A DNA stretch of 64,000 nt, taken from positions 73,656,001 through 73,720,000 of the forward strand of contig NC_042999.1 in NCBI RefSeq assembly GCF_006345805.1, written 5' to 3'. The notes beneath the pieces are model-generated. The model worked only from the letters and a program-made list of their open reading frames with translations, did not search any database and had not been told where the DNA came from. The stretch comes from Octopus sinensis (lineage: Eukaryota). Position 1 is the stretch's first letter. Each line of letters opens with the position of its first letter. Shown one piece after another: positions 12,129-28,500 of the stretch. The translations under genes and the position numbers were made by a program.

Positions 12129-14322
12129 TGTTCATATAAATGCAAACACATACACATATCTAAACATTTATGCACACATATGCAAAAAGAAAAGCATTGA
12201 TCGAATTTATACTAATGAAAATTGCAAATAAATGTAGCATGTTTATAAATCATGATTGCAATATAAACTTTTGACAAGAACACAAGAAAATACTAAGGAA
12301 CAAACTAAGAGGTATATCTTAAATAGAATACACAAATAATCAAATAACTAAGAAAAATGACAAATACACACAACACTGAAAACAACACAATATGAATCTA
12401 TATTACACCTGATTGCAAAGCAACTAATAAAACAGATACACCATTTTAAATTGATTTTGACTTTCTAAATGCTTCCCTTGATCTTGTTTCTCACCATTAC
12501 ATCATGTAGTTTTGTTTTTGAATTTTTTAAAACTTTGTTTTAATAAATACAATCCAACCTATGTTTTTATTGGTAATTTTACCTTGTCATATGTGTTTAA
12601 ATAACTCTTAAAAATGAAGTCTTTTCAACAATTACTATCAATTTTCTTAGATGAGGACAAAAAAGTAGCTAGAGATTAAACAAAATGAACAAAATTAATA
12701 TGAATGAATAAAAGAATCAATCTTTTATAACTAAAGAAGAGAGACAATTCCCTACTATCTCAGAACTTAGTTTGCAGATGCTATTGCTAACATTAAATAT
12801 TATAGTTTAAAACAATGTACTATGATCAAGAGTTTATTTTTAGTTGTTTTCACTTTATAGTTTCTAAACAAGAGAAAAAGATACAAAGACAAACAAACAG
12901 GATTGGAGCTGAACAGCTATTAATCTGATAGCTAGAGGGGTTGAAAAATATCAAGATCGACACAATGAAGTCAGAAAGATGATAAACAAACCACTAGATG
13001 TTGGTGAGAAAGCATTGGAACCTGTTGGAGTTGAGGACTGGCTACTAAATTGGCTAAAATCAGCAAATCCACCACCTGAGAAGCAGAAAAATAGTATTTA
13101 AAAATGAATCAAACCTTGATGAGAAAAAAAAAATCAAAGTGAAAATGGTGCAGAATATTTCCCAGAGGGATCATGCTTTAATGCAGAAGGAAAGCACTAG
13201 CTATACAGCCTGTTTTATAGAAAAGGTTTCATAATTAACCTTGCATTAATTAGCTGAAGCAGGAATTTGTATTATTTATGACTACATATCTTAAAGTCAT
13301 AATCTGGAGTTGATTACTACATAAATTTAAATGTTTAGTGACTAGGATATATAAAGTAGAAGGGATTAATGACAACCATAAAATTATTTTAATGTTCTTA
13401 AATAATCTAAGTTTGTTTCTCCATCTTATTTATTTCCTTCCACAAGATACAAGGCACAAATATTTGTTAATAGCCTTCAGATAACTTCGATCAAAAATGT
13501 CAGTCACATACTGACCATTTCAAAAGTTTATATTTCACCAATATCTAGAATTTCTAGAATTTGGCTAAGGCATTCTTCTTGTTTCTTTGAGAACCGCTAA
13601 CATCTCATACTTACTGAAAAGACATGGGACCAGAGCATGAAATTTAACTTACAATAAAGGTGCATTGACTGCAAATTCCACACCAACTGATTGTTCATTT
13701 CAGTTAGTAATTGATGGCCATCTATCACAGACAACAATATCCAGTATATTTTTCAATAGAAATTTAACTGGTGTGTCCAACCATTATTTGTTTCCATTCA
13801 GTTTTATTGATAGTTTTTATACAGCATAAACAAATTAACAGTTAATTTGAAGAATCTACATAATGAATGATATGTTTATAAAAAAAAATCTTTAGAAGCA
13901 GATAAATCTTAGATGGCATACCACTGGGACAAGCAAAGAAGCAGGAATGAATTAATTAAAAATCAGAGAAAGGGAGACAGACAAACAGAAATTAGGAAAA
14001 CCATGCAAAAAGTGCAGATAAAAAACTGATATAATATTGGTATGTACATCAGCAGAAATCAAATAGTATAATGATGCAAATGAGTTAAAAGCAAACTACT
14101 GATAAAAAATCTATATTTTAAGAAATGACAAAATTCTAAACTAATAAATTTCTTTTTATATATATTATATATATATATATATAATATATATATATTATAT
14201 ATATATATATAATATATTATATATATCATCATCATCAATTTAATGGAAAGCGGACGTTAAATGATGATGATGATGTGGATATATATATATATATATATAT
14301 GTATATATTATATATATGTAGG

Positions 14323-14357
<35 letters not shown>

Positions 14358-14476
14358 ATATATAATATATGTATGTATGTATATATATATATATATATAT
14401 ATACACATACATATATATATATATATATCATCATCATCATTTACTGGAAAGCGGACGTTAAATGATGATGATGATG

Positions 14477-14516
<40 letters not shown>

Positions 14517-14810
14517 GTATGTATATATTATATATATATATATATGTATGTATATATAGATATATATGTATGTATGTATTATAATATAGATATATATATA
14601 TATATACACATACATATATATATATCTATCATCATCATTAATGGAAAGCGGACGTTAAATGATGATGATGATGATATATGATAATATATATAAGATGTAT
14701 ATATAGATATATATATATATATGCATGTATATGTATATAGATATATAGACGATATATATATATATATATGTAGATAATAGCGTGTAGATATAATATGTAT
14801 ATATTTATGG

Positions 14811-14841
<31 letters not shown>

Positions 14842-14879
14842 ATGTATATATATATATATATGTATTACAATATAATATG

Positions 14880-14910
<31 letters not shown>

Positions 14911-14989
14911 TATGTAGATATATAGGTATATATATATGTAGATATATATATAGGATATATGTAATATATATATATATGTATATATATAT

Positions 14990-15024
<35 letters not shown>

Positions 15025-15091
15025 TATATATATATATGTAGATATATAGTATATATATGTATATATATTATGTAGTATATATATATATATG

Positions 15092-15122
<31 letters not shown>

Positions 15123-15501
15123 CATCATCATCATTAATGGAAAGCGGACGTTAAATGATGATGTGATGATGTGATATATATATCTATGTATATATATATA
15201 TAATATATATATATCTATATATATATATATATATATATTATATAATATATAATATATATGGACGTATGTATGTATGTATGTATATCTATATAGATATATA
15301 TATATATAGATATATATATATATATATGTAGTATGTATGTATGTATGTATATATATATTATATATATGTACGTATGTATGTATGTATATATATATATATA
15401 TATATATGTACGTATGTAGGTAGTATATATATTATATATATATAATATATATATATATATGTATGTACTATATTATATATATATGTACGTATGTATGTAT
15501 G

Positions 15502-15536
<35 letters not shown>

Positions 15537-15550
15537 GTATGTATGTATGT

Positions 15551-15605
<55 letters not shown>

Positions 15606-15698
15606 GTATGTATGTATGTATGTATATAATATATATATATTATATATATATGTATGTACGTATATATATATATATGTACGTATGTATGTAGTAATATA

Positions 15699-15744
<46 letters not shown>

Positions 15745-16473
15745 ATATTATATATGTGTGTGTATATATATATAATATGTATGTTGTATTATTATATATA
15801 TATATGTATGTACTATATATATATATATATATGTACGTATGTATGTATGTATATATATATATATTATAGATATATATATACTATATATATATATATGTAT
15901 GTACGTATGTATGTATGTATATATATATATATATATATATATAGAATATTATGTACGTATGTATGTATGTATTATATATATATTATATATGTACGTATGT
16001 ATGATGTATATATATATATATATGACGTATATGTATGATATATATATAATATATATGTACGTATGTATATATATTATATATATATATATATATTATATAT
16101 TATTATATATATATATATAATATATATGTATGTACGTATGTATGTATGTATATATATATATATATGTGTGTGTATATATATATATATATATGTATGTGTA
16201 TATATATATATATATATGTGTATATATATATATATATATGTATGTATATATATATGTATATATGTATACTCTTTTACTCTTTTACTGTTCAGCCATCCGG
16301 CTGAGGCCATGCTGGGGCACCGCCCTTGTTGCTACCCTCTCTAAGTCCAGTTTGCCGTATGTATGTGTATATATATATATATATGCATGTATATATGTAT
16401 ATGTATGTATATATATATATGTATATATATATATATGCATGTATATATGTATATGTATGTATATATATATATG

Positions 16474-16504
<31 letters not shown>

Positions 16505-17080
16505 GCATGTATATATGTATATGTATGTATATATATGCATGTATATATGTCTATGATGTATATAGATAAGCATGTATATATGTATATGTATGTATATATA
16601 TATATATAATATATATATATATGTGATGTATATATATATATGCATGTATATATGTATATGTATGTATATATATATATGCATGTATATATGTATATGTATG
16701 TATATATATATATGTATATATATGTATATGTATATATATATATATGCATGTATATAGGTATATGTATGTGATATATATAATGCATGTATATATGGATAGG
16801 TAGGTATATATATATGCTATATATATATATGTATATATATAGATAGGCATGTATATATGTATATGGTGGATATATATATGTCTATATATGTATGTATATA
16901 TAATATGTATATATATATATATGTAGGTATATATATATATATATATAGGTATATGATATGTATGTATAGATATGTATATATATATGTATGTATATATATA
17001 GAGGTATCTATTATATATGTATGTATATATATATATATATAGGTATATATATGTATATGTAGGTATAATATATATATATG

Positions 17081-17113
<33 letters not shown>

Positions 17114-17860
17114 ATGTATATGTATGTATATATAGATATATGTATGTATGTATATATATATATGATGTATATATATGTTGTAGTATATATACATATATAT
17201 ATAATATGTATATATATAATATGGGTAGTTATATATATATGTAGTATATATATATAGTATATGTAGTATATATATATGTAGTATATATATATATATATGT
17301 ATGTATATATATATATAGTATGTAATATATATATATATATGTATGTATATATATATATATAGGTATCATGATCATCATGATGATGATGAGGAGGTGTAGT
17401 AGATATATATATATGTGTATATATGTATATGTATGTATATAATATATAGTATGTATGATATATATGTTAGAGGTATGTATATATATATGTATGTATATAT
17501 ATAATAGATATGTATATATATATATATATGTATGTATATATATATATGTATGTATATAGATATATGTATGTATATATATATATTATGTATTAGATATAGG
17601 TAGGTATATATATATATATATATGGTATATATATATATATAGTGTATATATATATAATGTATATATAGGATGTATATATATATATATATGTAGGTATATA
17701 TAATATATAGATATGTATTATATATATATATATATGGTATATATATATATGTATATAGATATGTAGGATATATATGTATGTATAGATATAGAGATATATA
17801 TTATATATATATATATATGTAGATATATATGTATATATATATATAATATATATATGTAGA

Positions 17861-17891
<31 letters not shown>

Positions 17892-18050
17892 CTATATATA
17901 TATATATCTATGTGATATTATATTATATATATATATATATATTATGTATATATATGTATAGATATATGTATAAGTATATATATATATATATATTATAGGG
18001 ATATATATATGGATATATATATGTATATAGATATTGTATATATATATGTA

Positions 18051-18099
<49 letters not shown>

Positions 18100-18298
18100 T
18101 ATATATAGATATAATATATATATATATATTATAATATAGATATGGTATATATATGGATATATATATGTATAGATAGATGTATATATATATATATGTATAT
18201 AATTATATAGTATATATATATATATGTATAGGATATAATCTATGTATGTATATATATATATATATAGTATATATATATATATAGTATATATGATATAG

Positions 18299-18331
<33 letters not shown>

Positions 18332-18661
18332 TAGATAGAGGTATAGTATATATATGTATATGGATATATAGATGTTATATATATATATATATGTATATTG
18401 TATATATAGTATATGTATATATATAGTGATATTATAGATAGATAATATATATATATATATATATATTAGATATATATATATAGATATTATAGATATAGAT
18501 ATATATTATTATATATATATATCTATAGATATATATAGAGATATATATAGAGATATAGATGTAATATATATATATATGTATAATATATATATAGGTATAG
18601 ATAATGTATATATATATGATAGATAGATATAGGATATATATATAATATGTAATATATATAT

Positions 18662-18714
<53 letters not shown>

Positions 18715-19049
18715 GATAGGTAATATATATATATATATTATATACATATATATAGATGTACATATATATATATGTAGTATATAGATATATATTATATATA
18801 TATATTATATATATGTATTATATAATGTATATATAATGTAATATATATATGTATAATATATATAGATCTATAATATGAGTATATATATTATTAATATATA
18901 TATATATATACATATATATATCTATGTATATATCTATATATTACATATATATATATCATATATATATATATATACATATATATATATGTATATATATCTA
19001 GATAATTATATATACATATATAATATGTATATATATCTATATATAGATA

Positions 19050-19080
<31 letters not shown>

Positions 19081-19248
19081 GTATATATATATATATACAT
19101 ATATATATATAGATATATTAATATATACATATATATCTATGTAATATATATGTATATATATATATATCTATGTATATATACATATACATATATATATATG
19201 TATATATATATATATGTATATATACATATATATATATGTATATATATA

Positions 19249-19300
<52 letters not shown>

Positions 19301-19303
19301 ATA

Positions 19304-19342
<39 letters not shown>

Positions 19343-19392
19343 ATCTATATATATACAATATATATATGTATATTATATATATATATGTGTAT

Positions 19393-19423
<31 letters not shown>

Positions 19424-19517
19424 GTGTATATATATATTATATATATATGTATATATATATATCTATATACATATATATATATGTATATTATATATATATC
19501 TAATATCTATATATGTA

Positions 19518-19548
<31 letters not shown>

Positions 19549-19711
19549 ATAGTATATATATACATATATATATATGTAATATATATATATATGTGTATAA
19601 TCTATATATCTATGTATATATATATATGTAATATATATCTAATGTGTATATATATATATATATGTCTATATATATATATATACCATATATATAGCTGTAT
19701 ATATCTATATA

Positions 19712-19758
<47 letters not shown>

Positions 19759-19776
19759 CTATATATATATATATAT

Positions 19777-19813
<37 letters not shown>

Positions 19814-20410
19814 GTGTATATGTATATATATATATGTGTATATATATATATATCTATGTGTATATATATATATATATGGTTATATATATATATATGTGTA
19901 TATGTATATATATATATGTGTTATATATATATATATGTGTATATATATATGTGTTATATATTATATGTGTATAATATATATATATATGGTATATATATAT
20001 ATATATATACTGTATATATATTATATATATAATATATATGTATATATATATATTATATATATATGTATATATATATATGTGTATATATATATATATATAG
20101 GTATATATATATTATATATATATTCTATAAATATATGTATATATATATTATATATGTATATATGTGTATATATATATATGTGTATATTATATCTTATATA
20201 TATATAGATATAAATATATGTATATATAATATATATGTATATATATGTATATATAAATATAGTGTATATATATATATTATATGTAGATATATATAGATAT
20301 ATAGAAATATGGTATATATAGATATATATATGTATAGATGTATATATATATATATATATGTAATATAGTATATTATATAATTATGTATATATATATATAT
20401 ATATGTAGTT

Positions 20411-20448
<38 letters not shown>

Positions 20449-20583
20449 TGGATATATATATAGATATAGATATATATATAGATATATATATATAGGTATA
20501 TATATATAGATATATATAGGTATATATATATATCTATATATATATGTATTATATATCTATTGTATTTTAATATATTATATAGA

Positions 20584-20620
<37 letters not shown>

Positions 20621-20635
20621 TATATATATATGTAT

Positions 20636-20684
<49 letters not shown>

Positions 20685-20739
20685 TATTATATATATATAT
20701 ATATTATATATATAGGTATATATATATATAATATTGTAT

Positions 20740-20787
<48 letters not shown>

Positions 20788-20847
20788 TATATATATATAG
20801 ATATGTATATATCTATATATATATATAAGATATATATATGTATATAG

Positions 20848-20879
<32 letters not shown>

Positions 20880-21410
20880 GTATATGTATATATAGACATA
20901 TATAATATATATGTATATATATATATAGAATATAGGATATATATATATGTATATGTATATATATACATATATATATAGATATATGATATATATATATAAC
21001 ATAGATATATTATATATGTATAGATATAGATAGGATATGATATATATATATATAGGGATATATAGATATATATATGTATATATATATATATATATGTATA
21101 AGTATTATATATAGATATATGGATATATATATATATAATGTATATTATATATAATAGGTATAGATATATTAATATATATATATATATATAGATAATATAT
21201 ATATAGTATAATATATATGATAGAGATATATATATAGTATATATATATATATATATAATATGTATAGTATATATATAGAGATGGGATAGAGTATAGAGAT
21301 GGATAGATATATAGATATATATATAGATATATTAGATATATATATATAGGAGATATATATTATTATAGATATATCTAGATAGATATATATAATTATAGAT
21401 AGATCATGAT

Positions 21411-21445
<35 letters not shown>

Positions 21446-21656
21446 TATATATATATATATATATACATATATATATAGATTATATAGTATTATATATATA
21501 TATATACATATATATGTATATATGATAGATATATGTATATATATATATATAGAGATATATATATATGTATATAGATATATATATATAGATATGTATATAT
21601 ATATATATATATGTATATATAGATATATATATACATATATATATGTATATAGATAC

Positions 21657-21711
<55 letters not shown>

Positions 21712-22043
21712 TGTATTATATATATATATATACACATATATGTATATATATATATATATATGTCTATATATATATATATATACATATATATATGTATATA
21801 TATACATATATATAGGTTATTATATATATAATATACATATATATATGTATATATAATATATACATATATATATGTATATATATATATACATATGTATATA
21901 TATATAAGATACATATATATATGTATATATATATATACATATATATATGTATATATATATAGAACATATATATATATATATAGATATAGATATACATTAT
22001 AGATTATATATATATATATAATAATATATGTATATATATATGT

Positions 22044-22076
<33 letters not shown>

Positions 22077-22178
22077 TATATGTATATATATATATATAGA
22101 TATATATAGTATATAATATATATATATGTATATATATATACACTATATATATATATGTATATATATATATACATATAT

Positions 22179-22222
<44 letters not shown>

Positions 22223-22295
22223 ACATATATATATATGTATATTATTATATACAATATTATATATGTATATAATATATATAATATTATATATATGA

Positions 22296-22382
<87 letters not shown>

Positions 22383-22454
22383 GATATATATATATATTAT
22401 ATGTATGTATGTATTATATGTATGTATATATATATATGTATGTATATAGGTATG

Positions 22455-22488
<34 letters not shown>

Positions 22489-22554
22489 TGTGATATATAT
22501 ATCTAATATATGTAGTATATATATGTATGTATATATGTATGTATATATGTATGT

Positions 22555-22585
<31 letters not shown>

Positions 22586-25500
22586 AATATATATATACAT
22601 ACATGTATGTATGTATGTATGTATGTATGTATGTATGTATGATGTATGTATGTATGTATGTATGTATGTATGTATGTATGTATGTATGTATGTATGTATG
22701 CTGTATGTATGTATGTATGTTATGTATGTATGTATGTATGTATATACATACATACATACATACATACATACATACATACATACATACATACATGTATGTA
22801 TGTATGTATGTATGTATGTATGTATGTATGTATATATATATATGCTAGAGGTAAATAGTGAACATTTCAAGAATTCTTTCATGTTTTATTTTATAAAAAA
22901 AACTTTAAATAAATGTAAAATAGAAAATGAATATTTTATAGAATATTTGTTGAGATATCAAATGAATTAAAATAAATGATAAAAATATACTATGTATCTA
23001 CAGGAACACCGTAAGAATAACAAAGATGTAATTCTACCTGACGATGCATTTGATGAGGGGGGTGTGCTGGCAAAGGGATCATTACCAAGTTCACCAAGTA
23101 AATCAAAAGTAGCTGAGCTAGTAGGGTTTGGAAGATGTATTCTATTGGCTTGTGATTGTTGTTGTTGCTGCTGTTGTTGTTGTGCTTGCTGTGCTTGTTG
23201 AGCTTGCTGAGCTAAGGTTGGGTTCTGATGCAACTGTAACTGTTGTGGCTGAGTAGATGTGACTTGTGAAGCAACAGGATTTGGCAAAGATGGCGACTGA
23301 GTCTTGGAATTGTTCTGGAAAAGAAAAAGTTTTCACGACCTACTTAGATTTTTTTTTTAGCTATTAACTTGGGATTTATCACCACCAAAATTTTTGTTAA
23401 GCATAAAAGCATTTAAAGGTGATAATGAATAAATTACATTATTAAATATGTTTTGAACCAATAGATAAAATTCTAATAATGAAATAGTCTAAAGTTCTAT
23501 ACTATTCATAAAGCAAGGTGAACTCAAAATTTATGATACTAAAATACAACTACAGAAAAACTTCTAGGAAGGAGGATAATGATCATTTAAAAAAAGGTTT
23601 TTTGTAGAATCTGACTAGCATCTGGGTTTCAATGCTTACATGAATTTCTACAAATATTGATATTTATATGAATTGTTGGAACACTTAACAACTGAATGTC
23701 TTTCAATTATTACGTTTTGCTATTTCATCATAGCACTGACCATCAGAACAAGGCAACTTAAGTCATCAATGTCTGCTGGATTGTTTCTTTAGATTGTTTT
23801 TTTTTTTTTTAGTCTCAGTCAGAAAGTTAGTACTCATCATCCCTTATTGGGCTTCTGAGACCGATGGCAGTGAAAGAGAAAGCTATTCTCAAACCAGGGA
23901 CCTGACCTAAATGCTTGCAGCAGAGTAGATTCACTCAAGAAGGCCATGGTGAGATCTGAACTCGGAACACAAAGAACCAGAACAAATACTACAAGGTATC
24001 TGGTCTGACACTCTTACAGCTCTACCAATCCACTGCCCTGGATTGGTACATTAATTTGTTGACTCTTAAAGAATGAAAAGTAAAGTTGATCACAATGTGA
24101 TTTGAACTTAGTATAAATACTATGAAGCAGTTCACCACCTTGTAAACACATCCTCTAACATGTAACAATATACTTAGGTTACTTCTTAGAATTTCACTAC
24201 AAACAGACTGAACCCTTATTAGAACAATCATTGAGTTAACTGAGTCAGCAAATGAAATCAGTATTTCATTGCTTATAGTTACATGTTTGAAGGCAAATAG
24301 TTTCAGAATTATTACCAGAACAGATTTTGTAGCTTAACTTTTGATCTGGTTTCAACTTAAATTTGACACCAGCATTCTAATGTTTGTACATCTGATGTTT
24401 TTAAAATTAGGTACTAGCAACCACAAAAGTCACAACTTTGTCATTTACTAGTATCCTTTTTAGGTTCAACATCATAACTGTACAAGACTTTTGGCTTGAT
24501 TATGTTAGTTTAAAAGCATTTTGATCTATTAGACCATCATTACATCCTAAAATATTCTCCTTAAAATTTGAATGTTTACATTATTCTTTCACAGAATAAT
24601 GAGTTATAAATTGAATGATTTAATAACAAGAATTCAGTTCTAATTAAATTTTAATTTAAAATCAAAGTTTCAAACATTAGATCAACTATTAATGAATCAA
24701 CAAGGAAAATAAGTTAAAATTAAGAATGTGTTTGATTTTAATTGAAGCCCAAATTTTATTTTGACTATTTTTCATATGTCAAATAATATTATAAATATCT
24801 TATTTTCTTAATATTTCTATTTCATTTTATGAGTATTCCAAAAATTAAAATTAAACTAAAATTCAATAATGAATAAATTTAAAGTATACATTTCAAAATT
24901 AAATATTTCAGGTTTCTTCCAGCAATATGGTAAATATGCAAGCATGTATTTGATATATAATTACTGAAGAGATTTATACAGTTTTTTACTGTCTATGCAC
25001 TAAACTACTGACTACAGCAGGGGTAGGGAAACTTTTTAGTGTGGTGGGCAAAAATTTCCTAAGAAAAAGATCCGCAAGTAGATCACAGGTTCTAACTCTT
25101 ATATTTGTGTACATCTTGTATATATCTATGTACAATTTGATATACATTAATAAAGATAGGTTTAACACATTAAATTAATGCATAACATCATTAACGCCAC
25201 CACTAAATTTAGGACGTTTATATTACTTAGAGATAGTCTATATTTTTCAGCTGAGGTGTAGTTAGGTCTCAAGGGGATGGTACAAACCTAGCAATATGTT
25301 TTATAGTAAAAACAAAATTTCCATTCAAATGGCAAGTACCAGACGATTTCTAACTATTTCACGTCATAGTGGAAACACGACCTGTCGCAAATAGGCATAC
25401 ATGCATAAATTTTTATGATTGAAAAATTTACTATATTTTGTACATATGAGTATAACAGCCTGCGGGTACAATAAAATGGGGTTGCGGGCGCAACTGCACT

Positions 25501-28500
25501 CATGCACGGGAGTTTCCCTACCCCTGGACTACAGGATCAAGAGTTCAAACCTTGCTACTAGAACCATTGTATTTGGCATATGATCAAGGGAAATAATTCT
25601 GCTTTTTTAAGTGGATTGCCTGAAAAATAGGTTCTACTCCTATTTCACAGTTGACTGGTTTGCATATAAAAAATATCCAACTGTAAAAATATAATTGCTT
25701 CAGCAAAAACAATTTCAGCTATGCTTGAAAGAAAAGATATATGCAGAAGAAAAGCCATCATCAAATACAAGGTTACATTAATGCAACTATACTTTTGAAA
25801 GATAGCTTTAGAAAGATTGAACTTAAAATACACAAATTAGTTTAAAATTTACTTTAAGCAAAATTAACTTTAATATTGTGCATATATTTTCTAAATAGAA
25901 ATAACGTGATGATTGCTTATCAAAAATCTAAGGAAAAACTATGTTTTAAAAAAGAAAGAATAAAAATTACAATATAACTAGAAGTTAAAATAAAGTTGAG
26001 ACCAGTTTACTTCTTACCTGAGAATTTTGCACAACTAATTTTGGGGCATTTTCACCAAGTAAGGATCTTAATGGTTTTGTAGTGATCTGTTTGTTAAATG
26101 CTGATTCATTAAGACGGCGAGCTTCTTCTTTCAAGGCATCTGTGGGTGGTACATGCCAACGCTTTCGTTCGTATTTTTGAATCATAAAATCTTTCACTTT
26201 GTGTTCTTCTCTGGAATCATATTCTTGACCAGATCTGGGATCATATAGCCCAAGCCAAACTTTTTTACAAAACTGAAAAAGTAAAAATAATAAAGAAAAT
26301 TACAAAACATTCTCTTTGGGATAAAATAAGAAAAAGGTGTAGTTTGTTGCAGGATTTAATCCTTTAGCAAGGAGATTACTGTCAAATGTAATATTTATTC
26401 CCATTGCTTTAATTTATTTTGCAGCTTCAAGATTTTGATGATGTGATTGTTTATTTTAAAAATGACATTGCAGGGTTGATGTGAGAGGTTGGATCTGATC
26501 ATTCTGAACTTAAAACAAGAATATTTGGGCCAGGTATAGCCTGTTTGAATGCTAAAAGTTTAAACATTAGTGAATTCGTACCAACTCAAAGACTGTAATA
26601 TTTATAAATATCTCTAAAGGCTGAAAGGCTCACTAGGCTCAGTGCTTAACTCAACATTTCATGGCATAAAGAAAATTTCTTGATGCTTTCTTATGTACTC
26701 ATGAGAACTAAATTTTTTTCACAAATTTCTGTCACATAAAAGAAATAAGTTTTATATACAGACAGATACACATGGCTTTCAGAATATAAAAGCTGTATTC
26801 CTAAATACAGTTTAATACAAACATCTTTTGCTTCAATAAAAAAAGAAAAAAAAAACACCCTCCAAATCTTTTTGATTATTCTTGGACTACATTCAGTACA
26901 AGGATGGAGTTCTTTCAGTTGAGTATTTATAAACAAAAAAGTTCAGAGGAATTTTTTTTCATTCTAAATATAAGTATTTTGATAATTTTACAGCACCTAA
27001 CAAAGTAAAATGCAGTCCTACCTATTTATATCAAATATCTAGACCAGTAGAGTTATTTTACCTGTTTGCATCAGTTGATACATTTAAAACCTAGTCATTT
27101 AGCTAACTTGTACTCTGTCTTTCAAGTAATGGAACATTGCATAACCAATGGATTTATAATTGCTTTATCTCTAATCACTGCATCCAATGCTTCTATGCCA
27201 CACATACACAATTCATAACCAACACTAAGTCTCTTTCAAGGTTAAATGCACTTAATATCTCATTTCCAGATATGGCTCCCTGTTATTGCTTTCTTCCATG
27301 CCTTGTAGGCCTGTCAATTCTTATAGCCTCATCTACATCTATTATGCAACTCCATCGGTATCCAACTGTTTGGTGAGAATGTTGTTTCATTCATAGAACT
27401 GATGTATAGCTTGCACCAAATTGTCTCTTACTAATGCCCAGTTGTCCCATGTTATGGTTCTCTATCTTCACCATGTCTGATAGACATCACTTAGTGCTGA
27501 CTGAAAATTCCATCTAACAGTGGTAGCTGCTGGCTTCCATCATTTTTCTCGGTTTCCTAATTTTCCTTGACAAGTTACTAATTTGTTGTATGGTATAATC
27601 ATCAGGAAAGGGCTACACAGTGAAATCATTAACAAAAATGACTTAAAAGATGGGTGATGTGAGACAGATGTTTTCAATGCACAGCAAAAGATAGTTGAAA
27701 GAGTTCAAGGAGCAACAGACAGCAGATGAATTTGGAAGATAGACTAGATTGTATATACACTACCTTTTAGAATAATGTCTGAATATCAAGTGTAGCCTGA
27801 ACAGTGGAGAGAATTCAGCACATCTTTAATGTCCACTGTTATTCTTCCCCCATCATTTTCTGGAAAAAACAGTCATGTTAGCTCTAATGAGATGAAAGCT
27901 GGTTTTCTCAAGTGTGCAATGCAATTTTAAGGCCATTTGCAACATGAAACTGATTTCTCTTCATTTGTTGTAGTATGGTTATAAACTTCATCCTGGTATT
28001 ACTTGGTATCATAATTTAAGTATTCAGCTGTGATGACAATACCCGTATCATCAATACTTGAAGTAGCTTCACAAAGGCCTTACAGAACTGGTCATTAATC
28101 CTGTTTGTGGAATAATAAATTTCATAGGTACTGTCACACTGTTTATCAGTAGTCTGAATTCAATTATTTTATTACCTCATTTGGAATAGTAGCAATATCT
28201 AAGTAACCACAACTATATAGTGTTAGTAGTTCCATTTCCGCATGTTTCATCAATAACTTGCCATTGATTTTTCTAACATATTAGAGCACATTCAAGACTA
28301 AACTATTGTCTTTTGTGCATGAGAGGAATGTAGTAAAATATCTTGATTAAGCCATGCACTTTTAGGACATATTTTAAATTTAACTCAGCAACCAGTGTTT
28401 TCAAACGAAATATGAAAATATAAACTTGAATTTACTATTTAAAAATTGTGGAGTAAGCTAAAAAGAGAAACAAGTTTTATAACACAGTTTGACATTGGAT

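Noticed and set aside
14235-22970. Dozens of YI/MYVC/HTYI-repeat ORFs
   Set aside because: Translations of (TA)n and (TATG)n microsatellite, which lack stops in some frames.
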